From Tubulanus polymorphus (lineage: Eukaryota; Animalia; Nemertea), in assembly GCF_964204645.1 (NCBI RefSeq), contig NC_134027.1:5984485-6048484 (forward strand): a stretch of DNA of 64,000 bases, given 5' to 3'. A program made the translations under genes and the position numbers. The notes beneath the pieces were generated by a model. That model did no database searches. It saw only the letters and a list, made by a program, of their open reading frames with translations, and had not been told where the DNA came from. Within the stretch, counting starts at the first letter, position 1. Each line of letters starts with the position of its first letter. This document shows, in pieces, positions 13,215 to 24,905 of the stretch.

Positions 13215-14118
13215 CGTCAATGATAAAATTAGCCCAATCAGATCGGATATTTCATAGTGTTCATCGAGTTTAAACCATTATCGAATATTCTCGCTTTATG
13301 ATGAGGCCGCGGGAAGAATAAACGCTTGACGAAGACGATATATAATTTGACATTGAACTTCAGATAGGACAATTCTATAACGCAAATATCGATGATAACC
13401 ATTATTTCTATTCTGCATGTGTCTAAAGAAACATACAGCTTTGTACATTTACTTCAGAATAAAAGCATTATGTCGTGACTTATAATCCATGTCATTCAGT
13501 TTTTTCATGCTATTACGAGTAACACCTGTACAACAGACTCTACAGCAAAAACTGATGCATCAGAAATAGCTTTACCTCCAACAACGCAGGATGCAGTTAG
13601 GGACACAGGATATAAAAATCACACTTCAGCTTTCAATGTAACGAGTGAAGCAACCTTTGTAAATTTCGTACATCAAAAATATTGCCAAAAAATATCTTTT
13701 CAACGCATACGCCTATATCTGAACAATTAAATGTATATACTACAATGTGCATGTATTTATAGCATCATAGCTTTTAAGGCGAGACATTTTAGCAGGGTTT
13801 GTGGAGTATAATTGTCGTATCGCGCAATTACACCAACCTACTTTCATTTGGAACTGGTTTTACTATCAGAAGCCTATGTAGCATGGCTGTGTGACGTTGA
13901 AGATCGGCGTTTGGAAAATACACATACATGCATATTGTGTACTATTTCTAAACGATTACTGTCGCTTCGTTTGCTTTTCTGTTTGTCAAAGAGGTTAGTA
14001 TCTATATCTGCTGTGAAATATATGTTATATGCGATAGGATGTTACAAGTAGCTGTATTTCTTCTATACAGTTTGCCTCATTATTTTGTGTATCGGTTTTT
14101 GTCGGAACTTACAAAGAA

Positions 14119-17100
14119 ATGTGTTGCTGGACAAGTGTCTCATTATGTATTGGGATTGTATTGCTGTCTTCCATTCACTCAACCCCTATTTACATCGGTA
14201 AGGTTTTGTGACGTTGAGAATAAACTTTTAGGTAAACCAATAATCATTATCAAAATTATTTTTACACAGTATTACGTATTCCGCAGGATATGTAATAACG
14301 AAGGAGAATCAGCTCGTCGAAGCGACCGAGTTCTCGACAATTCTCAATACTTTTTCCAACTCGACACTGGTGAAGTATTCACATATAAGCTACGAATATA
14401 TACTAATTGACGCCAGGCAGCAGATTGTAAATGCACAGGGGCTTTACCCATGGCGTAAGCTGCACAAGTTTAATCATAGTAGAGTATAAGATGCGATGAG
14501 TAGTAGATACCAAAATTCATTTTCAATGATGATTTTATATGATATATGGTTTGAAAGGTTTGTTTGTATGTTTTATTCCAGTTGAACATCAATTAATCAC
14601 TTCAAATGTGAGCTTTCTAATAGGACGATATGACGAGGCAGTGGCAGAAGTGACGCCAGTGCCGTTCTATTTAGTTTCTGATGGAATGGTAGCCGCTGAT
14701 ACGACATGTAACTCCAATAGTAGTCTAGTGACGTCACTAATTCCATCGTTAGACGTTGGAATCATGGCGCTGGCGGGATTTATTGAATATCCAAAATCCT
14801 ACTGTAAGGAGTTCGTCATAATAGTACAAAGTTCGGGTAAGGTTTCGGACCATCCATATGTTTATCAGCATGTATTTCTTCAATTATTTGAAAAATATTA
14901 ATCTATCAATATACAAGCGATTGGTTGGGAACATAGTAATAGAAATTAAAAGCTTTACTATTTTATGAATATATTACAGGATGTTGAATTATGAATTAAA
15001 CATTATCAATATCGAATTATTATATTTCAGATGATTTGCGGTCGTTTCTCATATCGTGGCGAAAGCTGGTGTCGAACCTAGCACTACCCTGTGTCGTAGA
15101 ATTCCCCGTTGTAATCCCTATGTCTAACGGCTCGTTACACTCGACGGCTAGAAGGTTGCTGGCTGACATAAGAACTACGGGAATCCCAATGACTGTCTTA
15201 CATAGTTACAACATCGACTTCATTACTGAAATCATTAAATTGGTAAACTATACCATTTTACGTCGTGCAAACATGAACATTATTCCGATATTCCAATTAT
15301 TTTCGAAAAGAAATGATGTAGATCGGCACATTGCTTTAATGTACGTAATTTATTCTTTCTTTCAGGCTGGAAGAGAACTTGATATGATGAATCGATATAA
15401 TAAATGGTTCCTTACTTACATGGTAAATGAACCTGTATATATAATGCTAAAACGATACCATAGAGAAATGAGATGCGGCGTAGTAAAACACTCCTGGAAA
15501 CTTAAATTCTGGACCCTTTTGTAGGTGAAGGGTGCATTGCCGAAAGAATTATTACAAAACTTTAAACAAGACGCATCGACTGTCAACATTCTAAATACCA
15601 TCATAGACAGCAACGTTTTCGCCGAGTACAACATTGCGGAGCCAGTACCTACTGACGTTCTACGCTATGCTAACATCCTTGATAGCCTCATAGTTATTCA
15701 TAGACTGGTACAGGGCAATATGTCTACAAGTGATCTGTCTAATCAGGTAATTTACAAAATTGATAACATTAAAATAAGAAAAAAATGTTTCGCTTTTTAC
15801 CAAAAAGCGTTCGCCGTTTCTGGTTATCACGTACGTAAAAACTATGAACACCTGGCACGCAGATGGCAGAATGGTTTTCATTCCCAAATTCCTATTTTCC
15901 ATGATATGTGAAAAGTGATTTGAAATGTGTATATTTTTTCGTTCAACATTTTTTTAGATCGCATTGTCAGGGGTCAATGGTGCTACCGGTGACCTGTCTA
16001 CTTACATCGATGGATGCCGAACCCGAATTCCAATGGAGGTTTACGTTGTTCAGCATTCTCAGCCGATTAAGATGGTGAGGATATTTCTGTCGTCAGAAAT
16101 AATCAAAGCAATCATTAATGATTTTAGCTGCAACAACGTATTTAATATCATCGGAATGTGCGCATATTGCAGGTTTCTTCGGCACTGATTGGCAATACGA
16201 CCTATTTCACCACATCCGAACTTGGATATGAAAGTCCCCCGAAAAATATGCCTCTACTATCAAAAAAGATGTTTAGAATTGGTGTACCAAATGTACGTAG
16301 GGGCCTATAATAGCTTATCATCGATTTGTCGGGTTATCGGATTGTGATTGACTAATAGTTAAATGCGTATAGTTGAGATCGCTTCATTCAATTTTGCAGG
16401 TGAAACCGATGTTCATGAATGATACGGGAACAACAGGGGGCGTTATTAGCGATTTGCTTGACATGTACTCGAAGGAACTTGATGTGAGATTTACACTTGT
16501 ACCGATCAGTGGCCCACATATTCACGAAGAGATGAGTCGGGTCCTTAAATCAGGTGTAAGTTTAAGTAACAATGTACTATCAAATTGATTTCACGTTCTT
16601 GTATCTTTCTAAGACAGAGTTCCGAAGTTTGACGACAAAAGGAAATTGAAAACATATTTTGTTGTCGCAAAGTTTTGAACAAGAAACAATCGTCTACATT
16701 TGTCATTGGTTATTAGCTAATCACCTCGTCTTAATTGATTATACAGGTCGTGGATGGCATCCTTGAATCTGATCAGGTGGATACTCTTTCCATAGAAATG
16801 ACGGACCCAATTATTACCAACGAAATGTCCATACTAATGAGGAGAGCGGATGTCCAGGTTTTCGGCAAATCGCAACCATTACATATTCTAATCTTTAAGC
16901 CATTCACTATGTATTCGTGGATTGTCCTGCTCGTAACTTGTTTGATAATCGGGTTGTTACTTGTTCTTATCACCGGCGTTGATCAGACTACGAAAATGCT
17001 TTACCCAACCGAAACAATTTACGTAGTAATAGCTGTAATAACGCTAGGAAATGCCGACAAAGTTGCCTCTACCATTCCATCGCGCGTGCTCGTTGCATTT

Positions 17101-17995
17101 TTCTTATTCTTCGCATTCACTATTGTGGCCGCATATCTAGCCAATCTTACGCGATTTTTCGTTTGGTCTGCAAGTGATAGTGGCCGAGGAGCCGAGTTGA
17201 CTTCACTCTCGCAGCTAGTCACTCAAGGTAATCTCAAATTCGGCGTTATCAGAGAAAGCCAGACGATGCTAGTTTTGGAGCATTCAACTTCTTATCCGGA
17301 AAACCTTCTTTGGAGCACAATAGAACGCGATCGTAGACGGTCTATATTGATGACGTATGACCAGGCCATTAGAGAAATAAAGCAAGGATCGTTCGTGCTT
17401 TTAGGGGAATCAATTATTCTACAGAATCTAGCTAAAGACGATTGTGAGCTGCAAACAATGACGCCTATTGGCTTAAAGATACGTTACAGAATAGGATTTG
17501 GGACTGGGCTACCCTATACCAGAGCCTTCAATAAGGCAATATCAGCAACTAATTCCAATGGTACAAGTGCCGTCATCATATCGAAGTAAGTAATGTTCTT
17601 GTGTTTTCAGGAAAGTGTGATGAGTAATGTCTGACTGGTCATAAACCTGTGAGAAGGACGATGGAAAATTGGGAGGTGGTGCTAAAATTTATGACACATA
17701 TCTGAGCGAACTGGGTGCAATTGATATCCACATTATATCCGATCAGTGTTTTGTTAACTTAGTGGTTCTTTAAAATGCTAATAATCTTGTGAACATTTTC
17801 AGGTATACTAAAAATGAATGCGTTTCACTCGATGCAACAACGTCAAGAGATGGCCACGAACTTCATCCTGAACAAATGTTGCCGATATTTTGTATATTTT
17901 TACTGGCGATAGTTATATCGTTTATAAGCTCTATGTTCGCTTGTATAATAGTGAGGTTTAATCGCGATAGAGCTTGGAGAAAATACAAAAAGTAG
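14119..17995 (+). CDS. Divergent ionotropic glutamate receptor / ionotropic receptor (IR)-like protein with an amino-terminal domain
   Basis: Signal peptide MCCWTSVSLCIGIVLLSSIHSTPIYIG; ATD exons; S1 (FRIGVPN|VKPMF...GGVISDLLDMYSKELDVRF); pre-M1/M1 (IFKPFTMYSWIVLL); M3 (SRVLVAFFLFFAFTIVAAYLANLT); S2 (LKFGVIRESQT, DDCEL, AFNKAI); M4 (PIFCIFLLAIVISFI). Confidence 0.88.
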
Positions 17996-18947
17996 AATAA
18001 CTTGGAAGCATAACGCGGCCATTTTGTACAAAGATTTTGAAACCTCAAAAAATTCATTCCTTCTGTATCACCATTGAACGAAGAGTCAATGCTACCGTTA
18101 CGTTCATTACAGTAAAAATACTTGTGCAAGTAGAATATCTAATTATGATAATGATATATGTATTTATTGCCAAAAGTTACAAAGTTTTATGACAAAAATC
18201 GATATATAAGCATAAGTGGCGGGAAAAAATAGAACAAACATTGATATATATATATCGGTTGCCTCAGTTAATAGACTTTTTGAAGGAATTTGAAAAGATT
18301 TGAAAGATCGCTAAACGCATTAGAATAGAGAATCTAATAGACTGTGTAGTATTTGCATTTCATATTGACACGCATTGTATCGTTAGGCAGAATTATTTAT
18401 CAAGACACGCAATATGTATTTTTCTATGAGTTTCGTCACTCACAGTTTTAAGAGATAACTCGCAGAAGATTTGATTAAAGAAATCATCATTCAAAAATGA
18501 TTTATGTTATATTATAGTAGAGTAATATTACAGACTCTGTAGACCACTAAAATCGGTGAATGAAATAACATAACTTGAGCCTACGTAGGGCTTCTCTGAT
18601 TCTCAATTCGGTATCCTGTCAGTTTGTCGGATCTCTTTCCCTTCCACTTTAATGGCTTACGGGTACTGTGAATTTTTAATATGATTTATTTCAGTCAATT
18701 GATGGTTTTTTGGTTTTTTATTTGAATAATTCACTGCATCAGATACGATAGGAACTCAGTAAAACTAAATGATTTCTGAGAGATGATAAACAGAGCTACT
18801 CAAAATTGAATTCTAAAAATTTAGATCCAGGGGTCGTATCAGGGACCCTTCTAAAGAGGTCAACCAGAGGTCAAACCACGCAGCTATCTTGTTAGGCTAA
18901 ATTATTTCCAAAATATCATCTAGTTAATTTGTAATGATAAGAAAACC

Positions 18948-19859
18948 TCAGCAATCATTTTGTTTAGGTCTCGGGTGTCGGAGATCAATGTACTGCCATT
19001 CCATAAACACATACGGAATATCAATGGTCGAAAAGTACTTCGCACTATGCGATAAGGCTTTGTCTTCAGATGCTTCGACGTCGATTTTCATCACGGCTCG
19101 ATTGAAATTTATAACTTCGAGTAAATCGTCCATATAAATCGATTTTACGGCTAATTCGTCGGATTTATTCGCCTCATAAACGTGGGCGCCGCCTATGTTC
19201 TTTTCGCGGCTTATTATACCATCTAACTTGACTTTCATGTAACCGTAACTATCAGATATCGCATTAATTACGAGGGTTATCATATTTTCGAATTCTCCGA
19301 GTTTCACGGAATGCCGGACGTGCTTTGCATTGTTTGGATTCGCATCTACAGCAACCACACGACGGTTGTGCTTCAAGGCCGTTAAGCTGTAAACTCCTAT
19401 GTTAGCGCCTATGTCTATGAAATTCAAACTCCGGTCATTTTCCAAAATGGATTCGAATAGCTTTGTTATGTGAGGCTCCCATGTACCAGTTCTCTTCAAC
19501 GAACCGGATATAAAACGATCGCTTTTCACCGGATCGTAGATACAAATGGGGGTATTACCTTTTATCGTTATGAACGGAACACACTCGTATTTTTCCTCTT
19601 CTGCACTAGTCGCAAACACATTCAATACAGAAACAACGGAATCATTTGACAGACGCGCAGAATTCATTTTTGTTATGCCCATATATTGGTTTCCTTTTTT
19701 CGGGGATTGTGCCATGGTTGTGCTTGGATTCGCCTGATTCCGCTTGATGAACATGATTTTATCATACATCGGGCAATAAGGATGAAATAAGACAGTGAAC
19801 ATCATAGATAATGCGATGACGGCAATATTTGAAACGAGCAGCTGCTTTCCTGAATACAT
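18948..19859 (-). pseudogene. FkbM/Methyltransf_21 methyltransferase copy 1, C-terminally truncated
   Basis: Nearly identical to the 24906-25928 copy up to FMEWQYI, then diverges into 12 unrelated residues and a stop, losing the last ~50 aa. Confidence 0.75.
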
Positions 19860-22005
19860 ACCGGTACTTGTGGCCGACACCTGAAAAATACTCCGGGATT
19901 AATCAAAATTATTTGGCCAAAACACCTTATCACCTAAGCAAGAAAAGCCTCTTTGATTACTTGTTATGCGGATACCGCCCAAATTTCTACCGAAATACAT
20001 GTATACAAATGTTTTCATTTCTTGTCCTTCGCTGGGTTTTAATTTCTCAGACATGTTTTATTGTCTTGAATTTCGATCCAATGATTTGCAAAAGTTCATA
20101 TCTTTTTTTCTCTTATCATTTGAATTCAATTCAACACAAGACTCCTTTCGAATTTATTTCCGCAGTCTTTCCCCGATTTAATGTTGAAAGTACTTGAATG
20201 ATAGGAATTTATTATTTTTCCTGTTCGCGGACGACTCATGTCTTCCGTATAATGTACGTATTCATCCGATCGAATATTTCGTTAATGAATTTAATTTAAT
20301 AACCTATATATTCCCTAAGTACCATTATTACCATCGGCAGAGTCCATGTTTGCGTTACAATTTCGAACAATCGAAAACAGACAAAATGAGGCCTGGCTCG
20401 ACTTTGAGAGTCATTTGAAAAAGGCAAATCGACTAGTAACCTCCCACACACCGCCGTTAGAGTATTTTAAATGGAAAAAATGACTGCTAAATCTCGGGGC
20501 TAGATGTTGGTGGTGCACGAAGTTTGAAGCAGATTACGTAATCTATGGGGCAAGAATATCTTTCATTATTTCAAAAATGGCATTTATGGCCAAAAATGGA
20601 GGCCGAGGGGCGTTCGCAAAATATTCAGCCTTGGATGACTTCCTTCGAGTTTTGCATCCACCATACAGTATTACCTAATTAGGTATTTGTGTTTAGGTAT
20701 CATAAAAACGTACTTTTTACATAATCAATTAATGATAATAATCAAAACAAATATGTATATATTATAAAACGAAGGTACAAGAAAAAAGGAAAAATTGTTA
20801 ACATGGATGAGTAATTGTTAACATGAATTGCAGATTAGGCTTTGCACTGTTTTCAGGGATATGTTGGTTCATATCATTTTGATACAAAGTGGGAGTAATT
20901 CAGCAAAGTCCTTACAGTTTGATAATGATTTTCGATGCCAACGTCAATTAACAAATTATGAATGATTATGATTATGATTATGAATGATCTTCTAATGTCA
21001 TACTCACCTAGAATGCAGATGATTTAGCGCAAAAACGTACGACAAATGATGCCCGCGGTGGAAAATGCTCCGCAATCGACCTAGCTTGGACGTCGCCTAA
21101 ATCTTTATTGAATGATCCACGAAAAATTTGTCAGAGAGGCGAAGTGTGCTGCGGTGTGACAGTGTAGCGGTGTGACGTTTTGTATATAATGGATACAATG
21201 ATGATCGCGCGATAGTAATCAAAAGTTCATAATCATTTCCGACAATTCTGGGTTTTGTCCGTTATTTTCCATTATAGAACCAGGAAGAAAGACACTAAAT
21301 ATTTGGATGGATATATGAAAGCTGTGGGTACTGGAGTGTGTAATGGGAAGTGTAGTGTGATCTGTGTGCATTTGTGGCCAGCACACAGATCACACATTGT
21401 TCATTGGGGTTTGGTCCAGGACTCGCGAGATTTTCAACAACACGGAAGTAACGTGTAGTAAATGATGACTTGAATTGCATGACTACCTACCACCCCTCAT
21501 TATTGTTGGAAAACTAAACGTTCCGCACTGACTAAAACTTAGTAATAACATTTTAGAAATGGCCAGAATTTTAACTTAGGTTCTATCTCATTTTTATTTT
21601 ACAACTGCGATTGGTATAATTTTTTTTCAAACGGCCGTTAAGGCTTCATGTTTCGTCTGCAATTCACTGCAAATAGTTACGCAACTACGCACATTTCAGT
21701 GTTTTTGGCAGCTGTACACTCAATCGGCACCGTTCGTGACTAGCTTCACTGCGCGGAATTATCATTAATTAACATCGCCATATCACATCATCAACTTATA
21801 TTGTGCCTTAAATCCCTAACAGCCGAAATAATTGAAATGCACACACGATTTCTATCATTGAAAATTGAGAGAGTGGCCATGTTCGTGTTCCGCTGCTTCG
21901 CGTAAATCCCGCGCAGTGGCGCAACCGCGCGGAGTGGGGCCGATACGTCTAGAAATATGATGGAGACATGAAAACACCAGATTATCGCAAAATAAGCCGG
22001 ATACT

Positions 22006-22215
22006 TCCAAAGCTGTATATTCTAGAATTCTGAATTTGATTTCCAGATTCAAAAAAGTAACAGCAAACTGGTTTACGTTTCACTATTAGCGGCCATAACG
22101 CGTGTGATCAGTATGGCGGTGGACTTCTAACGACAGTGACCGTCAATCACCGATAGCACTACCTGCAGCTGGTCCGACTTGGTCATCCTCTGAACCATCT
22201 GTTGCTGCAAATAGT
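22006..22215 (+). pseudogene. Decayed partial copy of ARL2BP intron 1/exon 2
   Basis: Matches 29095-29318 with small deletions and an in-frame stop (AAG TAA versus AAG TTA). Confidence 0.85.
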
Positions 22216-22233
22216 CCCGGTCACTAGCTGCTA

Positions 22234-23017
22234 TTTTTCGTTTGGTCTGCAAGTGATAGTAGCCGAGGAGCCGAGTTGACTTCACTCTCGCAGCTAGTCA
22301 TTCAAGGTAATCTCAAATTCGGCGTTATCAGAGAAAGCCAGACGATGCTAGTTTTGGAGCATTCAACTTCTTATCCGGAAAACCTTCTTTGGAGCACAAT
22401 AGAACGCAATCGTAGACGGTCTATATTGATGACATATGATCAGGTCTTTAGGATAATAAAGCAAGGATCGTTCGGGCTTTTAGGGGAATCTAGCTAAAAA
22501 CGTTTGGAGAAAATATAATAAGTAGAATAATTTAGAAGCATCGCGGCCATTTTGTACAAAGATTTTGCACCACAAAAAATTCATTGCCAATATGTATCAC
22601 CATTGAACGAAGAGTCAATGCTCCCGATACGTTCATTACAGTAGAAATACTTATATGCACTTATTAGTAGAATATTCAATATTCGCGTTTTGTATTGAAA
22701 CGCATTGTAACGTTAGGCATAATTATCTATCAAACACGCAGTAAGTATTTTTCTATGAGATTCGTCACTCACTGTTTTAAGACATAACTCGCTGAAGATT
22801 CGATTAAAGAAATCATCATTCAAAAATGATCTATGTTATATTAAAGTACATCTTTTTAGAGTTGCAGCGAGAAAATATTTCGCTGAGATAATACAGCAGC
22901 AGATCCCACCTTACTCGATAGACCAAATAATTGAAGAATGAAATTACAAAAAAAAACTTGAAGCTTATACAAAGGGCCTTTCTGATTCTCAATTTTGTAT
23001 CCTGCCAGTTCGGTCGA
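22234..23017 (+). pseudogene. Decayed partial copy of the 3' part of the ionotropic receptor gene and its downstream region
   Basis: 22234-22500 matches 17155-17440, then jumps to 17974 onward and ~18365-18630. The deletions are not intron-precise. Confidence 0.9.
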
Positions 23018-23172
23018 GGCCTATAAAACGTTCATGGTTCGATGGAACATTTTACAGTTCCAACACTACCGACTGTATAAATGTTCCCATGGACGTTTCG
23101 GTTCAAGTCCAGTATAGCGTGGAATAGTTCCCCGCTCAAAGATACATTTATAGAAAAGGAGTAATTCGGCTG

Positions 23173-23423
23173 CGACCGATTCTACTCGTCGACAATGTCT
23201 ACAACCCCGATTGTCGACCGATTCTACTCGTCGACGATGTCTACAACCCGATTGTCGACCGAGTCTACTCGTCGACAATGTCTACAACCCCGATTGTCGA
23301 CCGATTCTACTCGTCGACAATGTCTACAATCCTGATTGTCGACCGATTCTACTCATCGACAATGTCTACAACCCCGATTGTCGACCGATTCTACTCGTCG
23401 ACAATGTCTACAATCCTGATTGT
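23173..23423 (+). repeat. Tandem array, 6 x 42 bp (CGACCGATTCTACTCGTCGACAATGTCTACAACCCCGATTGT)
   Basis: Read directly. One unit is 41 bp. Confidence 0.97.
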
Positions 23424-23449
23424 GAAAATCAACTGATGGAAGCACGCAG

Positions 23450-24196
23450 CTTCTCGATCCCAGCCACTTTATATAAGGGTAATCCACGCACACACGCAGC
23501 CCCTCGATCCCGGCCACTCTATATAAGGGTAATCCACGCACACACCACCCCTCGATCCCAGCCACTTTATATAAGGGTAATCCACGCACACAATCCACGC
23601 ACACACGCGGCCCCTCGATCCCAGCCACTCTATATAAGGGTAATCCACGCACACACGCAGCCCCTCGATCCCGGCCACTCATTATAAGGGTAATCCATGC
23701 ACACACGCAGCCCCTCGATAGCAGCCACTCTATATAAGGGTAATCCACGCACACACCACCCCTCGATCCCAGCCACTTTAAATAAGGGTAATCCACGCAC
23801 ACACCACCCCTCGATCCCAGCCACTTTATATAAGGGTAATCCACGCACACAATCCACGCACACACGCGGCCCCTCGATCCCAGCCACTCTATATAAGGGT
23901 AATCCACGCACACACGCAGCCCCTCGATCCCGGCCACTCATTATAAGGGTAATCCATGCACACACGCAGCCCCTCGATAGCAGCCACTCTATATAAGGGT
24001 AATCCACGCACACACCACCCCTCGATCCCAGCCACTTTAAATAAGGGTGATCCACGCACACACGCGGCCCCTCGATCCCAGCCACTCTATATAAGGGTGA
24101 TCCACTCACAAACGCGGCCCCTCGATCCCAGCCACTCTATATAAGGGTAATCCACGCACACACGCAGCCCCTCGATCCCAGCCACTCTATATAAGA
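23450..24196 (+). repeat. Tandem array of ~15 units of 48-63 bp (CCCCTCGATCCCAGCCACTCTATATAAGGGTAATCCACGCACACACGCAG) with a 259-bp higher-order repeat
   Basis: The variant pattern of units 3-7 (23548-23806) recurs in units 8-12 (23807-24067). Confidence 0.97.
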
Positions 24197-24216
24197 TTGT
24201 ATGAACATGATTGTAT

Positions 24217-24623
24217 ACATTGTCGACGAGTAAAATCGGTCGACAATTGGGGTTGTAGACATTGTCGACGAGTAGAATCGGTCGACAATCGGGGTTGTAG
24301 ACATTGTCGACGAGTAGAATCGGACGACAATCGGGGTTGTAGACATTGTCGACGAGTAGAATCGGTCGACAATCGGGGTTGTAGACATTGTCGACGAGCA
24401 AAATTGGTCGACAATCGGGGTTGTAGACATTGTCGACGAGTAGATTCGGACGACAATCGGGGTTGTAGACATTGTCGACGAGTAGAATCGGTCGACAATC
24501 GGGGTTGTAGACATTGTCGACGAGTAGAATCGGACGACAATCGGGGTTGTAGACATTGTCGACGAGTAAAATCGGTCGACAATCGGGGTTGTAGACATTG
24601 TCGACGAGTAGAATCGGCCGACA
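24217..24623 (-). repeat. Tandem array, ~9.6 x 42 bp, the same unit as 23173-23423 in inverted orientation
   Basis: ACATTGTCGACGAG starts every 42 bp from 24217 to 24595. Confidence 0.97.
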
Positions 24624-24905
24624 TTTAGGATTGATAGATCTCTACTTTTACCTGTTCTGGAGTTGAGCCGCACGTCCCTATGGCATAATGTCGTAAGATT
24701 CAATCAGTCCAATATTGGCGGATTAATTCCAAATACCAGTCCAATGTGATAAGTTTCTGCTGGAACTATTTAATGCTATAATGGACTTGAGCCGATGTGT
24801 CAATGGCGATTATGATGATTCATTTTGAATCGATGTTTTGCAAAAACATATGGCATAATATTTTATAAGAGTGGTATGATTATTGTGTATTATGGTAGCA
24901 TGCGG

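Larger units (their letters stand above)
23026..24810. mobile_element. Foldback-like composite element: inverted 42-bp arrays around a central ~50-bp array, with degenerate outer inverted repeats
   Basis: Outer IR GACGTTTCGGTTCAAGTCCAGTATAGCGTGGAATAGTTCC (23092-23131) versus GGAACTATTTAATGCTATAATGGACTTGAGCCGATGTGTC (24762-24801). Absent from the paralogous interval at ~18630-18980. Confidence 0.6.

Noticed and set aside
22234-22650. Processed (retro) pseudogene of the ionotropic receptor
   Set aside because: The deletion removes coding sequence on both sides of the intron rather than the intron precisely, and downstream intergenic DNA is co-duplicated.
23173-24623. CRISPR-like array (palindromic repeats at regular spacing)
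   Set aside because: The units are contiguous tandem repeats with no unique spacers, no cas genes are present, and the context is eukaryotic.
23066-24703. Repetitive ORFs such as (PDCRPILLVDNVYN)n and (RGCRHCRRVESVDN)n with CxxC motifs
   Set aside because: By-products of a 42-bp (3n) period. They are open in several frames and on both strands, with no splice or start context.
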